A DNA stretch of 64,000 bases, taken from assembly GCA_944393745.1 (NCBI GenBank), contig CALYBD010000001.1:72628-136627 (forward strand). The letters are read 5' to 3'. A program made the translations under genes and the position numbers. The DNA comes from an uncultured Alphaproteobacteria bacterium. GTDB taxonomy: Bacteria > Pseudomonadota > Alphaproteobacteria > CAAGCB01 > CAG-977. A model generated the notes under the pieces. The model was not told the DNA's origin, ran no database searches, and saw only the letters and a program-made list of their open reading frames with translations. This document shows, piece by piece, positions 1 through 9,284 of the stretch. The number at the start of each line of letters is the position of its first letter. Position 1 is the first letter of the stretch.

Positions 1-603
1 CCGACCGATTGGACGACTTATCTGTGCTATCTGGGATTATTTGCCGTATTGTTTGTCTGCAAAAAGGATTTCCGGGAAAAAGACGAAAAAAGAGCTTGGC
101 TGATTTTCTGTTTTTTTGCTCTGGCCGCTTTTTTGCGGGAAGCCGGAATCCAGCATTGGCTGACGTTCAGTGATTCAACGGCTTTTAAATTGCGCTTTTT
201 TACAAATCCGGATAATCCTGTTTCTGAAAAAATTATTGCGGGTTTATGCCTTCTGTGCGTCGGCGGACTGTTCGTGTACACCATGTTTTTATATTTAATC
301 CCGGCTTTTAAAGGATTCTTTAAAAAAATGCCGGGATCTTGGACGATTATCACGCTGTTATCAACCGGTGCGGTATCCAAAATCATTGACCGTCTGCCCA
401 GCAATCTGAAAAAAGCGGGTATCATTTTAGACCGCGACGGCACAATATTCGGCGTATTCCAAATTTGCGAAGAAACGTTGGAAATGATGTTGCCTGTTTT
501 GGCAATCATTGCTCTGATGCAGTTTCATCAGGATAAAAAGCTGTTTTTTCCCCACAAATCTGATCAAACAGAACCGGACGGCGACAATACCGCAGGAAAA
601 TAA
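1..603 (+). CDS. Polytopic membrane protein of unknown function; reading frame is open from window position 1, so the 5' end lies outside the window
   Basis: Frame-1 ORF with no stop from nt 1. The hydrophobic segments look like TM helices. No motif recognised. Confidence 0.35.
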   Translation, partial: PTDWTTYLCYLGLFAVLFVCKKDFREKDEKRAWLIFCFFALAAFLREAGIQHWLTFSDSTAFKLRFFTNPDNPVSEKIIAGLCLLCVGGLFVYTMFLYLIPAFKGFFKKMPGSWTIITLLSTGAVSKIIDRLPSNLKKAGIILDRDGTIFGVFQICEETLEMMLPVLAIIALMQFHQDKKLFFPHKSDQTEPDGDNTAGK

Positions 604-614
604 CATTCTTACAT

Positions 615-1259
615 TTACGGCAGAATTGTCTGAGAACGCATGGCATTGACAAAACCGGCCAGACCGTTTTGGCGCAGGCGTTTCAGGCGTTCAGCCTGAA
701 TAATGGAACGAACATTTTTGACGCTTTCTTCAAAATTAATATTTACGATCACGTAATCATATTCGTTCCAATGGCTCATTTCCGCGGCGGCCGTAGCCAT
801 TCTTTGGCGAACGACTTCTTCGGAATCCTGGGCACGGGAAAACAAACGGCGTTCCAGTTCGGCCATTGACGGCGGCAGAATGAAAACGCTGACCAGATCT
901 TCGCGGGCATTTTCGGCAATTTGCTGAGTGCCTTGCCATTCGATATCAAACAGAATATCCTTGCCCTCTTCCAAAGCCTTACGAACAGGTTCGCGCGGCG
1001 TACCGTAGCAGTTGCCGCAAAATTCGGCGTGTTCCAGAAATTCGTCACGCTGAACCATACCGTCAAAAGTCGGACGATCAACAAAGAAATAATCTTTGCC
1101 GTTGATTTCTCCGGGACGAGGAGAACGGGTCGTGACGGAAACAGACAGCGACATATTGTCTTCCGTTTCCAGGATACGATGTGCAATGGCGGTTTTTCCG
1201 GCGCCGGACGGCGAAGAAAGAACCAACATAAAGCCTCTGCGTGTAATGGATTCCGACAT
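615..1259 (-). CDS. gmk: Guanylate kinase
   Basis: P-loop SSPSGAGKT near N-terminus. Length about 214 aa and overall GMP-kinase motif order. Confidence 0.9.
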   Translation of the reverse strand: MSESITRRGFMLVLSSPSGAGKTAIAHRILETEDNMSLSVSVTTRSPRPGEINGKDYFFVDRPTFDGMVQRDEFLEHAEFCGNCYGTPREPVRKALEEGKDILFDIEWQGTQQIAENAREDLVSVFILPPSMAELERRLFSRAQDSEEVVRQRMATAAAEMSHWNEYDYVIVNINFEESVKNVRSIIQAERLKRLRQNGLAGFVNAMRSQTILP

Positions 1260-1269
1260 TTGTTTTCTC

Positions 1270-2142
1270 CTATTCGATATTTTGAACCTGTTCCCTGAAT
1301 TGATCTATTGTTGTTTTGAGCGCCATACCGGTTTTTGTCAACTCTATATCAGCCGATTTGGAACAAAGCGTATTGGCTTCGCGATTAAATTCCTGGCATA
1401 AAAAGTCCAGCTTTCTGCCGACGGGACCTTTTTCCGCAAACAATTCCCGAGCCGTGTGGACATGGGCTTCCAATCTGTCGAGTTCTTCGCGTACATCGGC
1501 GCGCAGCATACAGGCTGTTACTTCCTGCATAAAGCGTTCTTCGGATAAATCAATCGTTCCCTGAATTAAGGAAAGCCCTTCTTTGAGTTTTTCGCGAATC
1601 TTTACGGGCTGAACGGCGGCAAGGGTTTTGGCCTGCTGCACCAGCTGTTCGATCTGACTGATTTGATCGTTTAAACATACAGCCATTTTTGCGCCTTCCG
1701 TCAGGCGGGCGGATTTTAACGATTCGGCCGCCTGTTCCAAAGACGTTAAAAACAGTCGGCACAATTCATCATGATCCGCGCCGTTATTCTGATCGGATTC
1801 GACAACACCGCGCACATTCATTAACCCGTCAATCGAGGCCGGTCGCAAAAGCGGATATTTTTCATGAATTTGCCCGGCCAAAGTGCACAGTTCCTCTAAA
1901 AACGGCAGATTGACACGTGAACTAAGATTCTGAACTTGCGAAAAAACGTCCAAAGAAACAAGAATACTGCCGCGGGTAAAGAAAGAACGCAGACATTCGC
2001 GGATTTTCAATTCCAAATCTTCGTAACCGGCCGGACAACGGCAACGGATTTCCAACCCTTTCGCGTTAACGCTGCGCAGTGTCCATGTCCATGAAACACC
2101 GTTTTGCATCGAAAAAGAACCAAAGCCTGTCATACTTTCCAT
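1270..2142 (-). CDS. yicC: YicC-family stress-induced protein (UPF0701)
   Basis: N-terminal MxSMTGFG signature and about 290 aa length. Adjacent to gmk, as in many proteobacteria. Confidence 0.85.
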   Translation of the reverse strand: MESMTGFGSFSMQNGVSWTWTLRSVNAKGLEIRCRCPAGYEDLELKIRECLRSFFTRGSILVSLDVFSQVQNLSSRVNLPFLEELCTLAGQIHEKYPLLRPASIDGLMNVRGVVESDQNNGADHDELCRLFLTSLEQAAESLKSARLTEGAKMAVCLNDQISQIEQLVQQAKTLAAVQPVKIREKLKEGLSLIQGTIDLSEERFMQEVTACMLRADVREELDRLEAHVHTARELFAEKGPVGRKLDFLCQEFNREANTLCSKSADIELTKTGMALKTTIDQFREQVQNIE

Positions 2143-2214
2143 ATCAAAAGCCTCTTTATTTATTAAATTGTTTGCATTAACTTACATAAAACCGGTCAAA
2201 ACAGGAATCTAAAA

Positions 2215-2982
2215 ATGAAAAATCCTCAGCATATTTTAATTACGGGCGCTTCCAGCGGAATCGGCGAAGCTTTGGCTTTGTTTTATGCCCAAAAAGGCAT
2301 TACTTTGTTTTTATGCGCGCAAAACACGGAACGATTAAGCCGCGTTGCCGAACAATGCCGGGAAAAAAGAGCAGACGTTTTCGCCGAAAAAGTTGATGTG
2401 ACCGATATGGCCGCCATGGAAAACTGGATCAGCCGATGCGATAAAATAGCGCCGCTGGATCTGGTCATTGCAAATGCCGGTATTTCGGCCGGCCCCGGAA
2501 AAAACGGAGAATCCAGCGAAACGACACGGAAAATTTTTGCCGTCAATGTTAACGGCGTTTTAAACACCGTTCTGCCGGCTTTGGAAAAAATGAGCCCGCG
2601 CCGTAACGGTCAAATCGCCCTTTTAAGCTCTATGGCCGGTTACAGAGGGTTGCCGTCCGCGCCGGCTTATTCCGGATCCAAAAATGCCGTCCGCGCCTGG
2701 GGGGAAGCGTTAAGAGGATACATCAAACCGTACGGCATTGAAGTCAATGTTATCTGTCCCGGATTCGTTATTTCGCGTATTACGCAGAAAAACAAATTTC
2801 CCATGCCCTTTTTAATGCCCGCGGATAAAGCGGCGCTGATTATTGCCGAAGGACTGCGGAAAAACAAAGGGCGGATTTCTTTTCCGCCCCTGTTGACTTT
2901 TTTTGCCTGGATCGTCAGCTGCCTGCCGGCCGGACCGGCTGAGTTTATTTTAACCAAGCTGCCGAAAAAAGGATCCGATTAA
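2215..2982 (+). CDS. Short-chain dehydrogenase/reductase (SDR) family oxidoreductase
   Basis: TGASSGIGEALA Rossmann motif and a YSGSK catalytic motif. About 255 aa. Confidence 0.85.
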   Translation: MKNPQHILITGASSGIGEALALFYAQKGITLFLCAQNTERLSRVAEQCREKRADVFAEKVDVTDMAAMENWISRCDKIAPLDLVIANAGISAGPGKNGESSETTRKIFAVNVNGVLNTVLPALEKMSPRRNGQIALLSSMAGYRGLPSAPAYSGSKNAVRAWGEALRGYIKPYGIEVNVICPGFVISRITQKNKFPMPFLMPADKAALIIAEGLRKNKGRISFPPLLTFFAWIVSCLPAGPAEFILTKLPKKGSD

Positions 2983-3431
2983 TCAATTAAGCGTCCCCAC
3001 GGAAAGATACGGCGCAAATCTTTGTAATCATCAGGCATCTGCATGAAAGCCCGATTCATGTCTTCGCCGAAAACATCAAAATCGATTCTGTCATCGACTT
3101 CAAATTCATTTAACAGCGACAACAACAGATATTCGGCAAAAACACGTGCCGCCGAAGCCTTTGGAATAAAGCCGAAAATACGAAATTCAGATAACAGATA
3201 CTGTTTGTAATCTTTCAGATTTTCCAGCGACTTTAATTTATTCGCCAACAGCGGATCCATATCCTTGCGCACACGCAAAGCCGTATCAACCATGGCGTTG
3301 ACGCGCAAAGAACGTTCGGATTCTTCGGAAAAATCCGATTCGTCCGATTTTTCCATCAGATCTATCAGCGTTTCTTCGTACATATCAATAAATTCCTGAC
3401 GAACAGGATCTGTAACAGGAGTCGTATTCAT
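2979..3431 (-). CDS. Hypothetical acidic protein
   Basis: 150 aa ORF with coding-like composition and a tight 4-bp overlap with neighbour. No recognised motif. Confidence 0.45.
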   Translation of the reverse strand: MNTTPVTDPVRQEFIDMYEETLIDLMEKSDESDFSEESERSLRVNAMVDTALRVRKDMDPLLANKLKSLENLKDYKQYLLSEFRIFGFIPKASAARVFAEYLLLSLLNEFEVDDRIDFDVFGEDMNRAFMQMPDDYKDLRRIFPWGRLID

Positions 3432-3492
3432 TTTTCAAACCTTTATAAGACTTTTGCAAAAAGCATAGCACCTTTAAAAAAAATAAAAAAGC

Positions 3493-4026
3493 TTATTCGT
3501 TTGATCCCGGATTTTGACGACATAAACGATTAATCGCCTCCATCGCATTATTAAAGCCTTTCATGGAAAAGGTGTCATATGTTTCAATGCCTTCAGCCGT
3601 TATTCCTTTTAATGTCACGCGAACGGCTTTGTTCATGGCTTCGGCAATTTCCGCGTCCGTCTTTAAATTCTTCGCCCAGGCCGTATCCTCGCTGGTAAAT
3701 AATTTAACCTTTAAATTCCCTGCGCGGAATTGCACTTCCGAACGCGGCAGATACGTATATCCCGCAACAAAAGTCAAAACATCGTACAATCGTTCATACG
3801 GTCGATGAGACACAATTAAAAAAACATCGCCGCGACGGGTATATTCGCCGGCCGATTTTAACGGCATGGAGGAAACAAAACAAACTTTGTCCTTTTTATC
3901 GTTGAAAATATAAGCATTCCAATCGTCAAAAACGCCGATATGTTCGACTTTTTTGGCATCAATCAGATTTTGCGCCCCGCAGGGAAAAGAAAACAGCAGC
4001 AAAAAAAAGACAATATATTTTTTCAT
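3493..4026 (-). CDS. Secreted/periplasmic protein, tentatively invasion-associated locus B (IalB)-like
   Basis: Signal peptide MKKYIVFFLLLFSFPCGAQ, then a 150-aa domain. Size and architecture resemble alphaproteobacterial IalB-family proteins. The family call is a guess. Confidence 0.35.
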   Translation of the reverse strand: MKKYIVFFLLLFSFPCGAQNLIDAKKVEHIGVFDDWNAYIFNDKKDKVCFVSSMPLKSAGEYTRRGDVFLIVSHRPYERLYDVLTFVAGYTYLPRSEVQFRAGNLKVKLFTSEDTAWAKNLKTDAEIAEAMNKAVRVTLKGITAEGIETYDTFSMKGFNNAMEAINRLCRQNPGSNE

Positions 4027-4042
4027 GCGTTATTCTCCTAAA

Positions 4043-4684
4043 TTAATCCTTATTCAACAATCCGGTCAGCTTATTTAAATCCGGCCCGCCATAAAGAGAA
4101 GCATATAAATCCGTCCAAAAGTCAACGGTATTTTGCCGCATCGTTTCAATATTCAGGTTTTCCGGAATATCCTGTGCCGCCGGTGCTAACCAGGCCGCAG
4201 AGGAAAAACGAGGCGGAATTTTGTTGCGCACATCTTCTGTCCGACAGATCAGTTTTGCCGCATCGGCCAGCATTAACGAAGCGTAATGGGAAAATTTTTC
4301 GGCATTCTGAACGGAAACAACAAAACGTACGCGATTCATCTTTGCCGTATTCCCCCAACATAAAAGAGAAATTAAATCCGGACAATGTACGACATGAACT
4401 TTATGAGTCCTGAAAAAAAAGAAAAGCGGCAAAGACGAACAAACCAGTTTGAACAATACCGTAAAATAAAAATCTCTCGCCCCTACCGGACGGGAAAACG
4501 GTACTTCTTCAAAAGGAAGGTGAGCCTTCTTTAACAAAGATGATATACGCCCCGGTTTATCAACGCTGATTAAAACATCAACGCGACGGCTGCGCTGAAT
4601 CCATGAAATTTCTTCAATAAAAGATTCCGTTTGTTCGTTGTATCCGTCTTCCATAAACGGATAAAGAACCGTCATTTTATTCAT
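4043..4684 (-). CDS. Hypothetical protein (overlaps rsmB stop by 4 bp, probably co-transcribed)
   Basis: 213 aa ORF. No motif recognised. Confidence 0.45.
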   Translation of the reverse strand: MNKMTVLYPFMEDGYNEQTESFIEEISWIQRSRRVDVLISVDKPGRISSLLKKAHLPFEEVPFSRPVGARDFYFTVLFKLVCSSLPLFFFFRTHKVHVVHCPDLISLLCWGNTAKMNRVRFVVSVQNAEKFSHYASLMLADAAKLICRTEDVRNKIPPRFSSAAWLAPAAQDIPENLNIETMRQNTVDFWTDLYASLYGGPDLNKLTGLLNKD

Positions 4685-6078
4685 TTTTCCCCCTTCTTTT
4701 TTAAGCGAGCCGCAAAAAAACCATCGCAGCCCCCCGTTGATTCATAAAAAAACGGCAGAACACACAAATCTCCGTCCTTTGTAATCATTTCCGCCGGAAC
4801 ATCGGCAGAAGTCAACGCCACCCGTTCCACCTGACCGTTTTGAACGGCAGAATCTATTATCAGACGTCCTTCTTCGGGAAGAACCGAACAAACACAATAC
4901 ACCAACTCGCCTTGATCCGTCATCATATCGACGGCCGTTTTTAACAAGTCCGCCTGCATTTGATTTAAACGTTTAATGTCTTGCGGTGTTCTGTGCCAGG
5001 CCACATCGGGATGACGGCGCAGCGTTCCCGTTGCAGAACAGGGCGCGTCCAGTAAAACAGCATCAAATTTTGTCTGATGACGTCCTTCACTTTCCCACCA
5101 TTTGCACGCATCGGCACAAACTGTTTTTGCGTTCAAACGCAAACGATTCAAATTTTCGTTCAGTCGCCTGATACGGTTGGCAGAAACATCAACGGCCGTT
5201 ACTTCCGCCCCTGCCATAATCATCTGCGCCGTCTTTCCGCCCGGTGCCGCACAAATATCAACGGCTTTTTTCCCGGCCAATGCGTGAAACAAACGAGCCG
5301 GTAAGGCGGCAGATAAATCCTGTACCCACCAGATCCCGTCCTGAAATCCCGGTAAAGACGGAACCGAAGCCTGCTGTTTTCGCCTGAGTGTTCCCGTCGG
5401 CATTTCAACGGCCTGCAGCTGTTCGGCCCAAACGGCGGAATCGAACTTGACGCTGAAATCCAGCGGCGCTTCCCGAAAACCCGCTTCGGCAATCTTACGG
5501 GCCTTTTCTTTTCCGAATTCTTTTTCCCATTTTTCATACAGCCAGGACGGAACATTCAATTTAACGGCGTCCTGAACCTGAACAATTTGTTTTCCTTCCC
5601 GGGAAATCCGACGCAAAACAGCATTGGTCAAAGCCGAAAAACCGCCGTATTCTCTGTTCTGTTTAACCAAAGAAACGCCTGTTGAAACGGCCGCATGAGC
5701 CGGCGTATCCAAAAAAACCAGCTGAGCCGTACCGATTCTGAGAACGTCTTGAACATAGCAGGCTTTATCCGGCAGCGGCTTTTTTAAAAAACGCCCGATA
5801 ATGTCATCAATCTGTCCCAGACGACGCAACATGACGGTCGCCAGCAACCGAACAAAAGTACGATCCCTGTTTTCCAACGGCTGTTTTTGTTCCTGTCGTT
5901 CCATACAGGCGGAATATTCATCTTCCAATCCTTTATTATGCCGCAAAACGGCATCAAATATTTCAACAGCCAAACGGCGTGGCAGTAAATCAGGGCTGAT
6001 CATGCGGCGCATTCTCTTCTTTGTTTGTTTTATCCGCCGTCTTGGCTCGATGTTTTTCTTTGAATTCGGAAATTGCAA
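4681..6078 (-). CDS. rsmB: 16S rRNA (cytosine-C5)-methyltransferase RsmB/Sun; true start probably internal, near 6003
   Basis: NusB-like N-terminal region plus a NOL1/NOP2/Sun methyltransferase core (DxCAAPGGKT, LDAPCSATGTLRRHPD). The ORF 5' end overlaps the upstream membrane-protein gene. Confidence 0.85.
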   Translation of the reverse strand: MQFPNSKKNIEPRRRIKQTKKRMRRMISPDLLPRRLAVEIFDAVLRHNKGLEDEYSACMERQEQKQPLENRDRTFVRLLATVMLRRLGQIDDIIGRFLKKPLPDKACYVQDVLRIGTAQLVFLDTPAHAAVSTGVSLVKQNREYGGFSALTNAVLRRISREGKQIVQVQDAVKLNVPSWLYEKWEKEFGKEKARKIAEAGFREAPLDFSVKFDSAVWAEQLQAVEMPTGTLRRKQQASVPSLPGFQDGIWWVQDLSAALPARLFHALAGKKAVDICAAPGGKTAQMIMAGAEVTAVDVSANRIRRLNENLNRLRLNAKTVCADACKWWESEGRHQTKFDAVLLDAPCSATGTLRRHPDVAWHRTPQDIKRLNQMQADLLKTAVDMMTDQGELVYCVCSVLPEEGRLIIDSAVQNGQVERVALTSADVPAEMITKDGDLCVLPFFYESTGGCDGFFAARLKKKGEK

Positions 6079-7165
6079 AACCGGTACTGGTCAACCCTTT
6101 TTTGGCATCTTTTTTAACTTGTCTGTACAGTTCCGTAAAAGAAGCCTTGGCCATATCGGGATCGGAAATGTAGAAATACATTTTAACATATAACAGAGCC
6201 GCCAAAACAACAGGTTGTAACTGAATGTTTGTATACACAATGAAAAAAATCAAACCGCTGTCTATGAAATGATACCTTAAAATAAGATGAACGATTTTTT
6301 CATTTGAAACCCCTTCTTCCGACAGCGTTTCAAAAAAGAACAACGGCATCTTTGTCCGAAAAATCAAATTCTTGACAAAGCGATAGCACACCACCGTTAA
6401 TTCAAACAGGGTATAAATCATTATCAATGCGGCAAAACCCCAATTTCCCGTCATGACCATTAAAAACGACAAGCCCGTCAAAGAAAAACACAATACATTA
6501 AGGCTGGGGCCTTGCAACGGCAGTTTATACCGCAAAACGTAATAAAACGGCGACAGCATGAAAATCAACACACACAGCAGTCCGTTTACCTGTAACAGCG
6601 AATAAAAAGCAATGGGAAAAGAAAAAGAAATTAAAACAAACACCAGCAAAGAAGAAAATCCGATATGGAAAAGCTGTGCGGCAATTAATCCTTCAAATCT
6701 GTTTAATACCAAAGAAAATTCAAATAATACAAACCAAATTGCCACCATGCCGGCACGAACGGCATAATCCGGCAAATCAAATTTTGAAAACAATTCATTA
6801 TCCGGCATCATAAAAACAAATCCGGTAATGCCGGCCAGTTCCAGCAAGGCCTTAAGAATTTTAAAAATTTTTTTATGAACGGAAATAAATCCCAGTCCGG
6901 CAAAAACAACGGCGAATCCCAGAAAATATAAAAATTTTGATTCCAAAAACCAGGTTTTATCCGACGAAAAATAAAACAAGGCCGCCGCACCGATCAAGAA
7001 ACTGAGGACTAAAATAGGGTAAGCTTTGGGCAAAGAAGCAATAAAAGTTTCATTATGAATTTTTTCGAATTCTTTTTCTTCCCGACGCAGGAAATAAGTG
7101 TATAAAACGGCGATGTTAAAAGCCAACAGACAGGCCAGAAAAATAAAATAATGAAGCAGTGTCAT
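5990..7165 (-). CDS. Polytopic integral membrane protein, unknown function
   Basis: 391 aa with at least 9 hydrophobic helices. No catalytic motif recognised. Confidence 0.5.
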   Translation of the reverse strand: MTLLHYFIFLACLLAFNIAVLYTYFLRREEKEFEKIHNETFIASLPKAYPILVLSFLIGAAALFYFSSDKTWFLESKFLYFLGFAVVFAGLGFISVHKKIFKILKALLELAGITGFVFMMPDNELFSKFDLPDYAVRAGMVAIWFVLFEFSLVLNRFEGLIAAQLFHIGFSSLLVFVLISFSFPIAFYSLLQVNGLLCVLIFMLSPFYYVLRYKLPLQGPSLNVLCFSLTGLSFLMVMTGNWGFAALIMIYTLFELTVVCYRFVKNLIFRTKMPLFFFETLSEEGVSNEKIVHLILRYHFIDSGLIFFIVYTNIQLQPVVLAALLYVKMYFYISDPDMAKASFTELYRQVKKDAKKGLTSTGFAISEFKEKHRAKTADKTNKEENAPHDQP

Positions 7166-7214
7166 CAGAATCTCCGTTTTTTTTTCAGATTATCTTCAAA
7201 AAATATTAAAAACT

Positions 7215-7718
7215 TTATAATTTACAAAGATAACACAGTATACAGCAATTTTCCTTTGTTTTTGCAATATATTCGGTTCTTTGCGCAAAAAGAGAAAAAC
7301 CCGCTTTTTCAAAAGCGTTCCGAGAAGCTTTGTTCGTCTGACGTATATCCGCCAACAAAGCAAAGACATTCTGCGTTTTCATATATCGACAGACAGCACC
7401 GAGAGCTTCCGTACCGATCCCTTCCCCCCGGCGGTAAGGCGCAACATTAATCATAACTTCTATAATAATCTGTCCCGGATAATCGGGCAGATTTGTTTTT
7501 TCAAAACGGATAAATCCTGCCGGTTCGCCGCTTTCAATAATAAAGACCGGACAAAACTGTTCTTCTTTAAAATATCCTTCGCTGTATTCCAGCCAAAAAG
7601 AATCCCACGTTTTGGGTAAGGTGATATAAGACGCGGCAACCGTTTTCGGATCATTGCGCCAAGAAAAAGCAATCTTGGCATCGTGTTTGTTGTTTTTGCA
7701 GGGACACAGGGTAATCAT
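7215..7718 (-). CDS. GNAT-family N-acetyltransferase
   Basis: Acetyl-CoA binding region RRGEGIGTEAL and a C-terminal NxxSxxxxEKxGF motif. Confidence 0.7.
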   Translation of the reverse strand: MITLCPCKNNKHDAKIAFSWRNDPKTVAASYITLPKTWDSFWLEYSEGYFKEEQFCPVFIIESGEPAGFIRFEKTNLPDYPGQIIIEVMINVAPYRRGEGIGTEALGAVCRYMKTQNVFALLADIRQTNKASRNAFEKAGFSLFAQRTEYIAKTKENCCILCYLCKL

Positions 7719-7784
7719 TTTCTTTTTTTATCCAATCGTGATACAAACGTAGTGTAAAAGATTTAACCGCATGGATAAAGCACT

Positions 7785-8030
7785 ATGTTCAGAATTATAT
7801 ATTCGGTTCTTCTGCCTTTTTTAACACCGTTCGCGCTGTATTGGCTGGCCGGATATTTTTCGAAATCAGTACCGCGACACTGGCCGGTAAAAACTTTGAC
7901 CGCCGCGGGACTGGGACTGGTGTTGATTTTTTTGTTCGTTTTTTCCGATCCGGACAAAGCGCCTGCCGGCAGTGCTTATGTTCCGCCGAAATTTGAAAAC
8001 GGAAACATAATACCGGCGCATTACGGATAA
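7785..8030 (+). CDS. Small membrane protein, unknown function
   Basis: 81 aa with two hydrophobic helices. Immediately upstream of cca on the same strand. Confidence 0.35.
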   Translation: MFRIIYSVLLPFLTPFALYWLAGYFSKSVPRHWPVKTLTAAGLGLVLIFLFVFSDPDKAPAGSAYVPPKFENGNIIPAHYG

Positions 8031-8036
8031 ACGGTT

Positions 8037-9284
8037 ATGCAGATTGATTCTCCTGTTTGGACGGATTGCGAACAAATCAAAAAAATCGTGTTTTTGCTGG
8101 ATAACAACGTTCGTTTTGTCGGCGGGTGCGTCCGTGACAGCCTGATCGGCAAAAGACCGGACGACATTGATCTGGCAACGCCGTTAAAACCGCGAAAAGT
8201 AACGGAATTTTTGGAAAAAAGCGGCTTTAAGGTATTGCCGACCGGTCTTTCGTACGGTACCGTCACGGTATTGACAAAAAGCAAAATATTCCCGGCCGTC
8301 GAAATAACAACCTTGCGCCGGGATATTCGTTGCAGCGGCAGGCAGGCGCAAATATCCTACACCGAAGACTGGCGTTCGGACGCGCTGCGTCGTGATTTTA
8401 CTTTTAATGCTTTATATGCGGATTTTAACGGAACCGTTTACGATTTTTGCGGCGGCATACAGGATCTTCAAAACGGCCGCGTCCGATTTATCGGAGATCC
8501 CGAACAGCGCATTCAAGAGGATTACTTAAGAGTTTTGCGCTACTTTCGCTTTCTGGCTTTGTTTGAAAAATCGCCGATAGAATCACGCCTGTTAAAAGCC
8601 TGTCGGGCGGCAATTCCCTTTTTGCCGCAAATATCGGCTGAACGCACAAAACGCGAATTATTTAAACTGATTAAAGCCAAAGGGGCTTTTCGCGGCATTC
8701 AGGCGATGGATCAAGCCGGCGTGTTGCCGCTGTATTTCCCCGACGCCGATCTGCCGGTTTTTAACAGACTGCTGCACCTGTCACCCGATACCGATCTGTT
8801 AATCCGACTGGCAGCTTTAAGCGTTCTGACGCCTGAAAGCATCACTATGCTGATTCAACGCTGGCAGTTATCCAAAGCAGAACAAAAAAGAATCAATCGC
8901 CTCCTTTTATTTAACCGAACAAAAAAACCGACCGAATACACCGACAACGATCTGTTTCGGCTGGCTGTTTATTTTAAACGGGACAATCTTAACGAAATAC
9001 TTTCTTTGTTTGAGGCCGTCTGCCCCGAAATCGGCTGGGCGGAACTGAAAGAAAAAAGCAAAAACATTCTTCTGCCTCCGTTTTTGTTTTCCGGCGCCGA
9101 TTTTGTTCCTTTCATTGAAAAAAAGCAGCTTAAGGCCTTGACGGCCCGTGTTTATGAGTACTGGTTGTCAACCAACGGCCGCGCTGATCATGCGGAATTG
9201 TTTGATTATGCGCAAAAAATCTCAGGCATTAAAATCGGGGTTGATCCAATCCCCGAAACGGGTAAACTGCCGTTCAAACGATAA
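8037..9284 (+). CDS. cca: CCA tRNA nucleotidyltransferase / poly(A) polymerase family protein
   Basis: GGCVRDxLxGxxxxDIDLAT nucleotidyltransferase head motif, followed by an RxxRxxRF tRNA-NT body. Confidence 0.8.
   Translation: MQIDSPVWTDCEQIKKIVFLLDNNVRFVGGCVRDSLIGKRPDDIDLATPLKPRKVTEFLEKSGFKVLPTGLSYGTVTVLTKSKIFPAVEITTLRRDIRCSGRQAQISYTEDWRSDALRRDFTFNALYADFNGTVYDFCGGIQDLQNGRVRFIGDPEQRIQEDYLRVLRYFRFLALFEKSPIESRLLKACRAAIPFLPQISAERTKRELFKLIKAKGAFRGIQAMDQAGVLPLYFPDADLPVFNRLLHLSPDTDLLIRLAALSVLTPESITMLIQRWQLSKAEQKRINRLLLFNRTKKPTEYTDNDLFRLAVYFKRDNLNEILSLFEAVCPEIGWAELKEKSKNILLPPFLFSGADFVPFIEKKQLKALTARVYEYWLSTNGRADHAELFDYAQKISGIKIGVDPIPETGKLPFKR

Noticed and set aside
27-509. 160-aa minus-strand ORF at the window start
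   Set aside because: It is antisense to the membrane-protein frame that is open from nt 1, with no supporting signals.
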